Assembly: GCA_050084515.1 (NCBI GenBank)
Contig: CM114271.1
Coordinates: forward strand, 9,362,001-9,426,000
DNA: 64,000 nt
Reading direction: 5' to 3'
Source of the DNA: Blasia pusilla
Lineage: Eukaryota
The notes under the pieces are model-generated. The model did no database searches and was not told the origin of the DNA. It worked only from the letters and a program-made list of their open reading frames with translations. The number at the start of each line of letters is the position of its first letter. Position 1 is the stretch's first letter. This document shows positions 50,363-64,000 of the stretch, in pieces. The position numbers and the translations under genes were made by a program.

Positions 50363-53300
50363 TCACTCGTCATCCTCCAAGAGCTCTTCTAGAATTACTG
50401 TCAGCCTTGCCCTCCCGAATTTTGGAATCGTGGGAAGTGACGATGGTGTCACTACCAACGGTGGGTCTGGAACCGGAGCTCTTGGCGTCGGAGGAGAGTT
50501 GTATGCCCCAACTAGCATGCCGTAATCTGCCTTTGCCTCTTTGCAAAGGTCAGACAGTTCCTTCCACTCTGCCACGCGCCTCTGATACTTGCCCCTGAAA
50601 GGCCCACTAAGTCGAACACCAAGTCACCCGGCCTTGAGCAAAGCTTGATGAGCATTTGCATCAGCGCTGGCGACTTTTCCCTTCCTCCAAGTAAGGGGGT
50701 ACCATTTTGCATGTGAATTCCCGAGGGGGAATTGTATAAACTATCTTAGCTGTACCCATGGGAGCATGGATCTACCGGATCGAGGATCTGAAACACTTAG
50801 AAGTTGTGCTCGGGCCTTACAAAACAGTAGACCAAGGAGTGGTCCATCTATAAAGAAGCAGGTTGGAAAAAATGTCAGCAACAAGAAAGAGCTAATTTCA
50901 ATATGCAACAACAAGAAAGGTCTACTGTCAGTATGGTGACACAATGTGCAACTCGTCCCCAAAGAACCTCGCTTAACCCTAGAGAACTTAGTTATAGTCC
51001 TAACATTGGAGCAACCTGTCGAAGTCCGACAGGTTGTTTTACATGTGTTAGTGATTTTTTTTGTCATGAGCAACCCGTCAGAAGGTGACAGGTTGCTAGC
51101 TTAGAGTAGCCCATGGTTGGCTAAGAGCAACCCGTCGCATTCAGATGGGTTGCATCATTCCAGAAACACAAGGAAAAGCATAAGCACTTGCAACCCGTTG
51201 GAACCCGACGGGTTGCATTCACCCAATAGAGACTTGCAGTAAATTTGCAACGCGTCGCTTTGAGACGGATTGCACCACCAAAGTCTCCGGCTCATACGAT
51301 CCGACGGGTTGCATGCAGAGTTGCAACCCATCGGAGCAAGACAATTTGTATATGGATTTAGAGCCCTTACTCATTCTTGATGACCCTAAAGCTCCACTTC
51401 AACGATCTATTGACGCATTGCAGGTTGAAGAGCTCGTCCTTGCTCCCTCCTGTCAAGACCAAGAAACAACCCCTGTCACTGAGATAAGCGTCTGCAAACG
51501 AAAATAGGAGCGCGATCTGGTCATAAGAAAGAGGGACATTCCAGTCTTGGACACTGTCACACCGATTCTCATCCCACAAGCGCAACCCAAAGGGAAAATC
51601 AGCGACGAGGAGATCCACTGCCACCTCCCCAACCTCCCCATGGACCGTCCTTTGAGTGTGCCCGTTTCGTTGAAGCTTCCATCCCAACGTTGTCAATTTG
51701 TCGATGGCGGGTGTCGACGCTTGGGAACTGAAACTTTACAGCTCATCCAAAAGATTCGTGTAGTGAATGATGATGCTTGTCCGGGTCGTTGTTTCTCTAT
51801 GTCGTCCCAAGGATGATGGAGTGTATTCCACATCTTGGTCTGCTCCTTGGGACAAACCTGGCGCCTCTCGCTTCCGCTTCTCCAGAGTCTGCGGTCGGCT
51901 TTTTGGGGTCTCTATTACCTCAGACTCTTGTGGAGTTTCTTTGGCGGAGGACCTGGTCCGACCCTCTCTTACGCTTGCCCAGACAATTCCGCCTCTCCCC
52001 TTGAATTCTCAGCCTCTGTTTTGGAAGACTCGGCCTCGAAATTCTTCGATCCCCTCGCCTTGGCTTTGATCCACTGTAGATTTTTCCTTGGCGGTGACGA
52101 CCTTGTACACCAACTCCGCTATCTTGAGGGCTTGCTCCTCCGCATCTCCTTCAAAAAAGTCTTCAGGCTGCACGAAATTCGGGATGTCGTCCCTACGTGC
52201 GGCCACTACATCATAGAGTAGGTGTAGATTTTTCTCAGTTATGTCCTCATGGTGGTTGAAGTCGAGCCAGATGGGGAAATTCTCCACCTCCTAGTCGGAC
52301 ATGCTTTGAGCCATCTCCATGTCGTACATGGAAAATGTCTCTCCATCATGCGGAGAAGCCCACAATTTGCAGGTTGCCGGTATTTTCTGCCACGTACTTG
52401 CATTCTTACAATGGATAAGGTACTTGAACACCATGCGTTGGGCAGCTCTTTGTCGAGATGCATCGGCCGCCTGCTCCTGAAGATCTCGCTTTTTCTTTGC
52501 GAAACCCCTTTTCTTCGCCTCTATTTCTTCATCAAGGTTTGCCTGAGGGAGGATGTGATCCTTGAACATCGTCCTGAAGCCTGGGTTTTTTATAGGCTTA
52601 TCTTAGATGTCATCTAGCCAAAGTTTGAAATCCTCAGCACTCTCTAGGTTTGCTTCCTCCGGAACTAGCTCTATTTTTTTCAGCTCCGCTTGAAGACCCA
52701 CGAGCATGGACTTCCCAAGAAGCCGCAACGCGTCCCAAAATGACCATTCACGGAGCCAGTGGGAGATCACTGGATCAGAGACACCCGGAGGATGGTGTGC
52801 CGCCCTCTTTTGGGCCTATGTGCCCTCGAGACTGATTTTCATCAGTCGAATTCTCCTAAATTCCGAAATTCCTGACAAGGCAAATCTATGGACGCGGTCG
52901 ACCCTGCGGATCTTCATCCCTCTCCCGCTGGCGCTTGATTATCGTCTTTAGCTCCTTGTAGAAATCGGGGCCAAGTTCGGGGTTGAGAATGGCGATGTAG
53001 CGCTGCATCTTGCTTGTAGTGTACTTCGTACCTGCAGATACTGCACCTTGGATGAACTTAGCACGCTTAGACGCATACACGTTCTCCCTCCGCTCTAGCT
53101 CCAATGAAGCGCTCTTCTTGGCGGCCTGTATCTTCGACCAGTAAAGGATTGTCACGGTTGTATCTTGGGAAATAAATGTATTTGCCCAAGTGTTTTTTTT
53201 TTATTTGAGCCCCCTTTGCGAGCATCTCATTTACAAAGGCGTCGCCCAAGAACCCCTTGTACTATGTCGGGTGTGTCGTTAGCACTTTCTTCACCTGACT

Positions 53301-55147
53301 GCAATCCTGGATCTAGTGGTGGGTGACATTCTCCTCGGATACAATCTTGCACATCCAAACACAATACAAGAATTTTTGCAAGCTACATGGGTTTCTGCAA
53401 CCCGTCGGACTCTGACAAGTCGCCACACCTCATGGTCGCAATGGTAGCTACGAGCTTAATATTGCAACCCGTCAAAGTCCGACGGATTGCATTCAGATTT
53501 TTGATTGCCTGGTTACAACCGATCGGACTCCGACGGGTTGTCCGATAATTTGTATTCAGAGAGTGGTCTCCGCGGAAAAAGTGAACATATCAACTTGTCA
53601 GAGTCCGACAGGTTGCGCAATTTCAAGTAAAACTGCAATTTGACGCCAAAAATCAAGCTCCCCTACTTTAATCACCTACCCGTGCCGGCGAATTCAACCT
53701 GTCGGTGTCCGACGAGTTGCTTTCAGCAAAAAACATCCTAAAAAGAGCTGCCAGTCAAGCAACTCGTCGGACTCTGACGAGTTGCTTTCGGCCAAAAACA
53801 TCCTAAAAAAAGTGGCCAGTGGAGCAACTCGTCGGACTTAGACGAATTTCTTTAAGGCATCCGATGTTTTGTTACCACTAGTTAAACAACTCATCAGAGT
53901 CCGACGGTTTGCAACAATCAAAATAAAGGAAGAGGAAACTTACGTGTTCATGGCATGCATGGCCATTTCCACCGTCGCCATGTGATGAGGGTATGGATGT
54001 AGCACGAATGCCTTCACGCAAAAATGCGCCTCCAATAAGTTTTGGCGCTCCTCTCCAAACTGGGTCCACGCCATGAACCTGTGGTTTCCATCCCAGATGA
54101 AGAAATAGAGGTTTTGCATCCAGCTGAATTTTGTCCCCTCAATCGCTCTTCTGAATTCCTGATCTCTCATCCTCCAGAATGTGTTGAGCGCTTCCAAGTC
54201 CTCCTCCGTCACCAGTGCTTGGGTTCCATGTTCATCGTAAGGCTGAACATAGAACACAGGAAAGCTGTCGACGTAGGATGTTGTCGCTGCCGATTGTTTC
54301 ACCTTCGCAATATCCTCGTTATATTGAATTTCGCGGACGTACTCCATTGTCCGTAATCGCCAAAGTGGAATTCTCGGGGCGTTCTGGCCCTCCATCAGTG
54401 CCATGTGCTTTACCACCTGTCACAACCGGGACAAGGTCAATAAACTACACTGAATTACCAATGAATTGCAACATGGGCCTTCACATAACTCAAAGAACAA
54501 AGATTGTATCTTAACCGCTCGAAGATTGGGTCGGTATCTTGGCTCGCCAACTACTATGGGACAGCAGCTGGCATGTCCACTGGAAACTCGTCGATCCGAT
54601 AGAGTTCGATTTTCTTCTGCCGGGCTTAGAGACGATAAAGCTCTCCTGCTTCTTTGGAGATGTCCACCGTCTCCACGTTGGCGGTCCTCATGACCTCATC
54701 GTCCGTCACTTGAACTTCGGTTGTTTCCTCAGCTAATTTTATATTGATTGTGTCCTTGAACCTCATCGGGGACATTTCCTGCATCTCAACACTTTTGGTT
54801 GGACGGGCCGGGATTTCTTCAATAGCAATCTCTTTTTCCCTTCGAGCTTTTTCCAATTCTGCTCTCCTCACTAACGCGTCCAGACGCTTCTTTTCACGCT
54901 TCTCCTTGGCGATCCTTTTCTCCAAGGCGTGCGACGCCTCAACCTCTGCGTTTTGTTTTTCAAGTGCCTCCTTAACACGTTTTGCAAGAAGCTCCTGCCT
55001 GTGTATCTCCGCTTCCCTTTTGCGCTCCTCGATCTCTTGCTGCCTTTTCTTATTAGCCGAACGAGGCCTTGGAGATGGTGACGCACGAGTCCTAGACTTG
55101 GGAGTGAAGCTCCTAGCCTTGCTTGCTTGAGATTTTTTCCTTGTCAT
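50363..55147 (-). pseudogene. ParB/Srx-like + DNA MTase-like gene, copy B
   Basis: MTRKKSQ start; WDGNHRFMAW (53940-54416); VDLLVADFPFG (51367-51696); EKSPALMQMLIKLCSRPGDLVFDLVGLSGAS (50512-50712). Confidence 0.8.
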
Positions 55148-55429
55148 TGTTCTCGAAATGCCTACTCCTCGACAACGAAATTACTTTCTGTGCACAATGA
55201 GTCGCCTCGATGAGTCGCCTTAATGAGTCGCTCGAATCGTCTCACGACGAGTCGCCGTGTGAAGCGCCCCTTGGTTTCTGGTCCGCTGCTGCGCTGAAGA
55301 GCAATCGAGATCGTGAAATGAAAAACCGGAAATGAGCGAACCCTAGCCTATTTTTACTTTTTGAGCCGTTGGGCTAACCGTTGGGTCGCACGGTCATTCC
55401 GACGGCAACATGTCGGCCGTTATGGAGGT

Positions 55430-56135
55430 CTGGACGTGAAAACCACCAACCTGACGGTCTCCGACGGGTTGGAGGCATCCGTCCTAGCCGAGCTATCCTG
55501 GCAACCCGTCGGAGTCTGACAGGTTGCGCGCCTCTGCCATCTTGGGGCAAGAACGCGAGGTACCCGCGCAACCCGCCAGAGACCGGGGGGTTGCACCCTT
55601 CCCTTGTCTTGGGATAACAAGGCAGGGTACCCACACAACTCGTTAGAGGCCGACGGGTTGCACGCCTACTTCATGTAAGTGTTACAAGGCAAGGCACGTG
55701 CGCAACCCGTTGGAGGCCAACGGTTTGCACGCTTCCCTCATCTTGGGGTAATAGGCGAGGTTCCTCGACAACCTGTCAGTTACAGACAGGTTGCACTCTT
55801 TTCTATCCCTCGGGGTAACAATGCAAGAACGGATAGTTCTGAGGCAACCTCTTGCAATCCGACGGGTCACAAGGTCTACCCTGAGTTGGACAATCCCGTA
55901 ACAGTCCCCAGCGATTAGTTACCTTAGCAAATGCAAACGATGTCTCGTGTTTGATGCTAGCAAAATCGTCTCAAAAGACCATTGGTCGGCATGAAGGGGG
56001 TACCAACCCAACGGACTCCAACGGCTTCCAATTTGCATAAGGACACAGAAATAAAAAACGGAACTTGGTGCTTTGCAACCTACGTCTCTGATTCCCAAAT
56101 TTTGCAACCTATCGGACTCCGACACGTTGCAACAA
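55430..56135. repeat. Intergenic palindrome array, copy B
   Basis: Degenerate palindromes homologous to 6690-7330. Confidence 0.8.
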
Positions 56136-56323
56136 AATTGAATCCATCATGTCAGACAATCTCACCTACCAAACTTCATCTTGTCAGTCAAATTCTGTCA
56201 GGAGAATCTGAGTCCCTATTCACTATAAATTGAACATTCTCATTCTTATTCTCATTCTCATACCCATTCCCATTCTTATCCTCATTCTTATTCTCAGTCC
56301 CCTCCCGGTGGAATCTTCTGGGA

Positions 56324-59300
56324 ATGGATAAGTATGTGAAACTCACTTATGGAAGTCATCTAGCGATCCTTCCTCAATCAAAAATCGTTCGACTGCAAGC
56401 TCGTGAGTCTGTCATACCAGTGGATGAAAATTTTCTCTCAGTTCGATTTCTTCTCCAAATTGGAACCATCTTTGTGTCCAAGGATGTTACGGTGGACGGT
56501 ACGGAGGACATAATAGGTGAGACAATCCAACCAGTGATTGCAGACCATAAAGTATGGAATCTCCTACCTCTAGCAAATGGTCAATACAGAGTTTACGGCT
56601 TGCCCCTGAATTTGTCTTTTTCCCAAGCAGACGGTCTAGAATTTCCTAGTGCTCCGAGCTCTACATTTGCAACTCCAAGCTCTGCAGATCTAGCTTCGAC
56701 TCCAACTTTGCACGCTCGTAACAATGTTGTTCTTCCTGAAGAGATTCGAGATGTTATCAACCTCAGTGGATCTGTCGGACACCAATCGGGCCCTCTGTCC
56801 ACCTACTCGTTCCTCTTGCGAGTATCAGGCAATAGTTTGTTATCGTCTCTAGCCTTGAAAATGTTCAAGCACTTTCTTGTCGACAAGCTGCCGCCCACGT
56901 ACGATGGTAATTGCATTTTTGAGTTGCCTCCACTTGCTGCTCCTGCTCAAAAGAAAGATGGAGGATGCTTGAAGGGTATGGACAGAAAGTCTGATTGTCA
57001 TCGATGGTGCAGGCTTCAACGGACTAGTGCTTCCATTCCAGATGGTCCTTGGATTGTCTCCCGCCGCCAGTGCGTTGGAGCCTTGGAGTGTAGAAGTCCA
57101 ACATGCCCGTATCTAGAATGCAACGGGCGGGTCAATACGTTGCAATTCCCTGCCAAGAATGCAGAAACTCCATACGAGATTGGTGCCACCATACCGCCGG
57201 GAGGCCATCGATGTCCTCATTGTCAAGCATCCCCTTTCTACGTTTGAGCATGTCCTGCATATATATTTTTCATTGTCCACGACTTGGGCTCCACGTCAGA
57301 GTACACAAGGTTGGCAGTTCATGTTGGCTCCCACACTCATCCTGTGACTGATGCAATTCAGAGACACATCAAGGAGGATGTGGCAAAGAAAGTGGCCGAG
57401 GTCTACAGAAACTCTACGGGTTCAAAGCCCGGAGTGATCAAGTTAACAACAACATCACAAATTTGTGAACAACTTCTTGGAATCCCTAGACAGTGCAAGA
57501 TCATGGCTGCTGAGGAGAAACAACTCTGGGAAAATCTCTCATTTCTCGCTGATCCTAAATGCTGTCGGAATTTGCTGCGTCATATACGGGTACTGGATGG
57601 AAAGACGGCCGAAATGGATGCCATTTCTAGAATCAAGGCCAACTCTAGATTTCCATTCATTCAGAGATGGCAGTTCATGGGCCAGGGAGGTGAAGGATCC
57701 ATGGCCTATGTCTTCAAAATGTCAACAACAGGTCCGTCGAGTGGCCTCGATCTTATAGATCGAATGAGGGAAGGGGAAGATCTTTACGACAGCTGGGTAA
57801 GATTTGATATTTGCTTTAGAGTGCTAAATGGATGATTGAAAATGGATCCTCACGTTTATGACCATGTGGAGAAGGGACTCAAAACTATATTTGTCTGTGC
57901 AATAAAAGCAGAACACGTTGGCAGTTTGAAGATGTGCTGGTTACTCTTATTGGAGATGGTGAAGGAAAAAAAAAGGCCACCTCCGAAAATTTATGGATTC
58001 ATGGCGAACAATGCACAACCAGGGTGGATTGCTATCAGGGAAGTTTTTTGGGGTGGGGAGGTTCAATCGGAGAGAGAAAGGTTGGATGCTTTCCATTGGC
58101 AACAGTTTGTGACCCGGTACACCAAATCTTGCATCAAGGAGAATAAGAGGACGGAGCATGTCACTCTACTCCAACGCTGCAAGGACAACAAAACCTTGAA
58201 ACATGCCATGGAATCCCAAGAAGAAATTCATGGGTGGTGGAGGAAACATGCGATTGAGGGGAAGTACAAAGAGTTATGCTCTTGGCTGAGTTGGTGGATT
58301 GTACGAATGAGACAATGGGGAATTTTCATTCGGGAGGTAAGTTCACTAATTTGTCTCGCTGAAAATTGTTTGAAGAGTTGCAGCTAAAGTTGAGAAGCGT
58401 GGGCACTATAGGATTTCAAACCGAAGAAACCAAGCAACTTGTCACATGTGACAGTTTTCCTGAGTGTTCAACTTGTCGCTTACTGACGGGTTTCATGAGT
58501 GTGCAACCAGTCGGAAACGACAAGTTGCAAGTTGCATGGCCAAATTTACTTGCAACCCGTCAGAATCAGATAGATTGACGCGTTGCGTGAGAGCGCAACC
58601 AGTCGGAAAAGGACGGGTTGACGGGTTGTCTAAGTGTGCAACCAGTCGGAAAAAGATGGGTTGCACGTCGCATGGCCAAATTTACTTGCAACCCGTCGGA
58701 ATCAGACAAGTTGCACTAGGTGGTTCCTAGGTGTTGTAACACGTCAGGAACCAACAGGTGGCAGAGTTGTTCTTGGGATGCCACGGCCTTGCAACCCGTT
58801 TGGTTCCGACAAGTAGCTAATTTCTTTCACTTCTGAGCTATTTTCGTTCCCTTCTCACATTGGGGTCGTTGCAGGGATTGAACATTCATGAAAATGCCCT
58901 CTACCCCAACACAAGTGGAGCACAAAGTGTTCAATCCTCCTAGAGGTCGTCACAAGCATGCCAAAGAATTTCACTTGTGGAGGCATGCCAACAAGACCTG
59001 GCAAGAGCAATGCTACAATCTGCAGCATCCCATATCTTCCTCACAAAAGGCATAACAAAAGGAAGGGGCCTTCGATCTACGAGCTCTATGTCAGCGCGGC
59101 TGTGAGATCTGGTGATGAGAAACTCTATGTGGAAGCCTTCAACCGGTGCGTAGCAAGAACCCCCCTTGAGCAAGACGTACATATTGGTGTGGATATTCAT
59201 GGGCGCCTTTCAAGACGTCCCATACAGATGGTGGTAGAGGAGTCCGAGCGAGACTCGTGGAGACCAGATAAGTATCTTGGCAGGTGAAGAGGCATCATCG

Positions 59301-60366
59301 AGGAACGAATCCGGTGATTGATTTGGATGAAGAAATTACGCCGCCCATGTTCGGGGACCCCGGATTGCTCCCAAATCTATGATTGAGTAACTTCTCCAAA
59401 ATTAGTGAATGTTTTATTTCAAAAGCCCTCCGTTGCTGGAAGTTCGCAACATCCGGTCGTTGGGGTGATTCAACAATATGGGATTCCGGTCATGGAGGTG
59501 GATTGCAACCTAAAACAGTGGCATATATCTCGGAGCAACCCTGGATGTGGACCCACTTGCAGGGCAGGATCTTATGGCATTAGGAGAGCATGCGGAACTT
59601 TCATAAATAAGAACTGTACAAGGACTCGACGACCATTGTCTGGGTTTTGGGGACTCAAAACCTTTGATCGTTTCACGAGGACCGGGGATCAATTGAAGTA
59701 CTTCTTTTGCCCAAATGAATCTTGCGCTTTCTGGAAGTCTTATCCGGTTGCCATTGGAGCTCCGGGGAATATCCCCACGATTTGGCCCATCATCGCAGGT
59801 ACAAATTGCACTCAAGACGAAGTGGACAATCTTACAAATGCCGGTTTTAGATTCATAGACAGAGGAAGTTTGGAGCATATTTGCATTATATAGACCTTTG
59901 CATTTTGTATTCAACCCAAGATTGATGTCAAATGTACCCGGAGAAGGTGGATGATCTCAATCCACTATTTCTATTTGAGTCTAGAAATGGGGTGAAGAGA
60001 AACAAAATGTGTAGGCTAACGGTGGAGAGAGCAAAGCAAATTGCATCAGCTCGAGAGGCAAAAATAGAGATCATCGCCATAAAAGATGTCCACAGTGGCA
60101 ATGGAATAGGAAGGATGTATTGGGTCAGGAACAACACTGTAAATTCAAGTGTCATAGGGGTGTATGTGGTGCACATCTGTTGCTTTCCCACATGTTCATG
60201 TGATGACTTTGTCCAAAGAGAGACAAGTGGCAAAAGATATTTCCCTTGTAAGCACATGTACTATGTGTTGCTTATAGTTTTAAGAGAGTGGGAGGTAGGA
60301 GTAGGAATCCACCAACCAATTCTGTCCCTCAAAGAAGTGCGAAGTATTTTAAACAAACCACTTTGA
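56324..60366 (+). pseudogene. MULE transposase, copy B; exons 56324-58336 and 58875-60366
   Basis: Same motifs as copy A; in-frame stops at 57245 and 57833; second Asp mutated to Asn (MANNA) and Glu to Gln (GAQSV); intron GTAAGT..TGCAG. Confidence 0.87.
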
Positions 60367-60790
60367 GGATGCAAAATCAGGTTTTCGATTGAACTTTCAT
60401 TTTTCCAGAACCTTCACTTTGAGCTTGAACTCTATTCAGCCCAAGGAAAATGATAGATTTTTTCCAGACCTTGGATGGAAAAAGTGATCAGTTCCACAGT
60501 TATGGTTCCACTGATTTTTCAGTTTATAAATTTTGTGCACTTTGCAACTCGTCGGACTCAGAGGGGTTGCCAAAATATGGAAGAGGAAAAAAAATCTATG
60601 GGAGTACTTAAGAATTGAGCAAAAAAGTGCAAAACAATTCACACAAAAAGTTTCCTCTTTTCAACCCAAGGGAAACTCTCTTCAAATCACAGGAAACTCT
60701 CTTCAAAAAAAAGTATCTCTTTCGGTTGAAGGTGGTTTCCTCTCTCCTCTCTCCTCTCTTCCTCTCCTCTTACCGCACCTCCCTCTTCAC

Positions 60791-61638
60791 GCACTAAAGG
60801 TTGAAGAGCTTGTCTTTGGTCCCTCCAGTAAGGACCAAGAAACAACCCTTATCACTGAGATACGCGTCAGCAAAAGAAAACAACAAAGCGATCTGTTCAT
60901 AGGAAAGCGGGACATTCCAATTTGGGACACTGTCAGATGGATTGTTGTCCCACAAAAAAAACCCACAAGGAAAATCTACAATGAGGAGGTCCACCGCCAC
61001 CTCCTCAACAACCCCATGCACTGTCCAAGGGGCGTGCCCATTTCGAAGGACTTTTTGCCCTAGCACGGTCAATTTCTCGATGGCAGGTGTTGACTTTTGA
61101 GAACTCAAACTTTGCAGTTCATCAACAAGATGAGTCTAGTGAAGAAGGATATTTGTCTTGGTGGTCGTTCCCCTATCCGTGCCCAAAAATAATGGAGTGT
61201 ATTCCATATCCTTATCTCCTCCCTCGGACGAACCTCGCGCCTCCCGCTTTCGCTTCTCCCGAGTGTGTTGTCGGCTTGTTGGAGTCTTCGTTACCTCAGA
61301 ATCCACACGAGTTTTCTTTGACAAGGACCTGGTCTGTTCCTGTCACCCCTCTCTCCTGGACCACTCCGCCTCTCACCTTGAAGACTCAGCCTCTTTTCTC
61401 GAAGACTCGGCCTTGGAATTCCTGGACCCCCTTGCCTTTGCTTCAAATCCGATGTGGATTTGTCCTTGGCGGTGACGACCTTTGCCACCAACTCCGCTGT
61501 CTCGAGGGCTTGCTCCTCTGCATCTCCTTCAAAAAGTTCCTTAGGCTTCACAAAGTTCGGAATGTCGTCACTACTAGCAACCACTACATCATAGACCACG
61601 CATAGATTTTTGTCTATCATGTCCTCTAGGTCGTTGAA
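60791..61638 (-). mobile_element. MULE copy C, part 3 (MTase exon 3 fragment)
   Basis: VDLLIVDFPCG..FADAYLSDKGCFLV; joins 48135 once copy B and one TSD are removed. Confidence 0.88.
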
Positions 61639-61843
61639 TGTGGAAAATTGCTAAAGAAGCATAACTGGTGGGAAAGGGCTCTCACACTCACACACCACCA
61701 TGGAGAACGAAATTTGCAATGAGAGAATGAGTGGAGGCTGGTCCCCTTCTCAATTATATAGGGTATGTACAAGCAATCCTAACCCTAACCTTAACCATAG
61801 TCTCGAGTTTGACTAACTGTGAATTACTAACCGTAGTTAAGAT

Positions 61844-63130
61844 AGGGGGCTGGTATTCTGGCAGGAGAGAGTAAGAGAGGAGAGGAAGAGAGGAAGAGAG
61901 GAGAGTCTCTCTTAAAAAAAAAGGGCCAAATCCGCCTCCTCTCTTCAAAACTTTTTGACATATTTGAAATTTTTGTTTGCTTTCAAATTCAGGAAATATT
62001 TAGAAGAGAGTATTTAGTGGTCCACATTTGGCCCTAAAAAAATCTCCTCTTTCCTGGGGGCGAGAAAAAAGGAGACATCATAAGACCACTACAAACATTT
62101 TTCCATCACTCTCCATGTGAGCCTAAGTTTCTTAACATTCCCTGTCTCAGTCAACAAAAAGCAGTGCCCTTGGTATTTTTGTTGGAGGACCACCCGGATG
62201 CCAACCTCTCTTTTGCAGGATTGTTGCTCGCATCATGGCCTCCCTAAATTTCCCCATAACGAACTTTTGTTGGTTGTGAATGGTGTCTGCTCAAGACCAA
62301 CTTTGTGAAATGTGAACACATCGAGATCCTAAGGTGAGAAACCGAGAAGTCTGCACCCTCCCAACCCGTAAGAAAGCTCACCATAAGAAAGGAAAGATTT
62401 TTAGAAGTGATTTTCTTCCACCCTGCACCCACGACGATCTAACAAGTTGGGAATCCAAAATGGCAATCCGACAAGTAGTAGGAATCCTGCACATCTTAGA
62501 CAAGAAAAGAAGCCTACAACTGGTTTGACGAATGTAGGGGAACAAGCCAAAAGTTAAGAAGCCCGCCACAATGCGTCAGAAGTTGGTCTCACACGGAAAG
62601 AGTCCGATCACCCAAGCAGTCAACCTGTCAAAATCCGACAGCTTGCCTGGAAATGGTTAAATAGTTGCAGTGGGCAAAAAGCAAAAAGTTGCAACCCATC
62701 GGAATCATACGGGTTGCAGAATTGTAATTCTGAGTAGCTAAAAGAACACAATCCACAAGTCCAAAAAAATATTCTAGAAAACTTTTACAAACACCATTAT
62801 GGGTTGAAAAAATCTCGTCCGTTTGTTACCTCCGAAGGAACCTCGGAAATGTACATTTCCTCGGCTTGAGAACATTTTCAATTACTAACTTTGGATCAAC
62901 CTGTCCGAGTCCGATGGGTTGTTTTGTCCCAGACCAACCCATCGCCTTACGACGGGTTGGTCAACCCTAAACGGGTTGATGGCCTAGAGCAGCCCATGCT
63001 CGCCTGAGAGCAACCCGTCGCTATCAGACGGGTTGCAGCTTTCCGAAAACACAGGGAAAAACCAAAAGCAACTGCAACCCGTCACGTTGCAGGTACACCA
63101 CGGTTTTCCCTGTGTATGTGGGAAAGATGC
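61844..63130. mobile_element. MULE copy F: terminus plus internally deleted fragments
   Basis: AGGGGGCTGGTATTCTGGCAGG end; reverse-complement homology to ~13520-14485, then to ~11940-12200. Confidence 0.85.
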
Positions 63131-64000
63131 AATGTAGTACCCTTCAAAAGGGCTAGATCAAGAGGCCCTTCTGGCTCTCGTCCATTTGCCAAGAGAAACG
63201 GAGATTCTCCAGTTGCAGAATGCTTGGTCGAGTTGTATCAGTATTCCGCCATGCTCAGCCACCTGACCCAATCGCGTTGATCAACACTCATAATTCCTCA
63301 ACTACTGATTCACGATAGAGTTTACCTTTTCAGTGTGTCCATTAAATGCGTGGGTGGAAAGCCGATCAAACTCAGCTTGGTCTTAAACCTTCGAACAAGT
63401 GCTTCGAAAGCATCGGTAAACTTTGATCCCGATCTGAAACAATGCTCCTCGGCAAACCATGAGCACGCCACCAGCTATCAAGGAATAGTTGCGTTGCGTC
63501 GATATGCCGCGGAATCCACCGTCGGCACGAATCTCGCCAACTTGCTAAACCGATCAACAATCACAAGTATAGCGTTGTATCCCCCAGATTCGGAAGACTC
63601 GTGATGAAATCCATACTCACACTTTGCAAGGGTCCTTCGGGATCGGCAAGGGATGCAAACAAGCCCATTTCTTATCATAAGAGACTCTATTCGCTAGCGG
63701 TGTCACACAGTCTTCACATATTGAGCAACATCCTTCTTCATGTTGGGCCAAAAGAACCGCCGACTGTAATCGCTAGCGTAGATTTCTCTCCTTTATGTCC
63801 GCCAAGGGCCTGTCGTGACATTCCGCTAACACCTTGGTTCGCATCCTGCCTTGCCCTACAAAGATCCTACTCTGTTTGAACCTTAGTAAACCGTGCCTCA
63901 AGCTTATGTTGGCCACCTTCTCACCCTGCTTCAACTTCCTCAGGTATTCCCCTGCTTGAGCATCCTTCATATATCCTTGACAAATCCTTCTCTCCAGATC
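63131..64000 (-). pseudogene. Integrase fragment of another chromovirus copy, running off the window
   Basis: Near-identical to 28623-29495. Confidence 0.9.

Larger units (their letters stand above)
48136..60781. mobile_element. Complete Mutator-like element copy B (12,646 bp)
   Basis: 9-bp TSD CCTCTTCAC at 48127-48135 and 60782-60790; ends GGGGGACTGGTATTCTGGC and TTACCGCACCTC; both genes inside. Confidence 0.95.

Noticed and set aside
56403-56458. Possible short first intron in the transposase gene
   Set aside because: GTGAGT donor and pyrimidine tract are present, but the acceptor reads CAA in both copies; unresolved without RNA data
61776-61797. Telomere-like CCTAACCCTAACCTTAACC
   Set aside because: Only about three imperfect units

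Overview
Eukaryotic, plant-type repeat-dense DNA (GT-AG introns, LTR retrotransposons with tRNA-iMet and tRNA-Asp primer sites). A non-seed plant such as a bryophyte is my inference only. I see no host gene: the window is a nest of transposons. The main result is a ~12.6 kb Mutator-like (MULE) DNA transposon family present in at least 5 full or partial copies. One copy is complete (48136-60781) with a perfect 9-bp TSD (CCTCTTCAC) but almost no TIRs. It carries two divergently transcribed, intron-containing genes. The first is a GCM/WRKY-like Zn finger + DDE + SWIM transposase. The second is a ~1200 aa protein with a ParB/Srx-like domain (DGNHR) fused to a prokaryote-type beta-class N4C/N6A DNA-methyltransferase fold. 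The non-coding parts (large introns, bidirectional promoter, 3' regions) contain phased arrays of a 29-bp palindrome TGCAACCCGTCGGA-N-TCCGACGGGTTGCA. Interleaved are a Copia remnant, a chromovirus (26374-47370), a second Gypsy element nested in it (29625-43277) and several solo LTRs; the intact LTR insertions have readable TSDs. All coding copies appear pseudogenised. Domain calls come from motif recognition by eye, not database searches.
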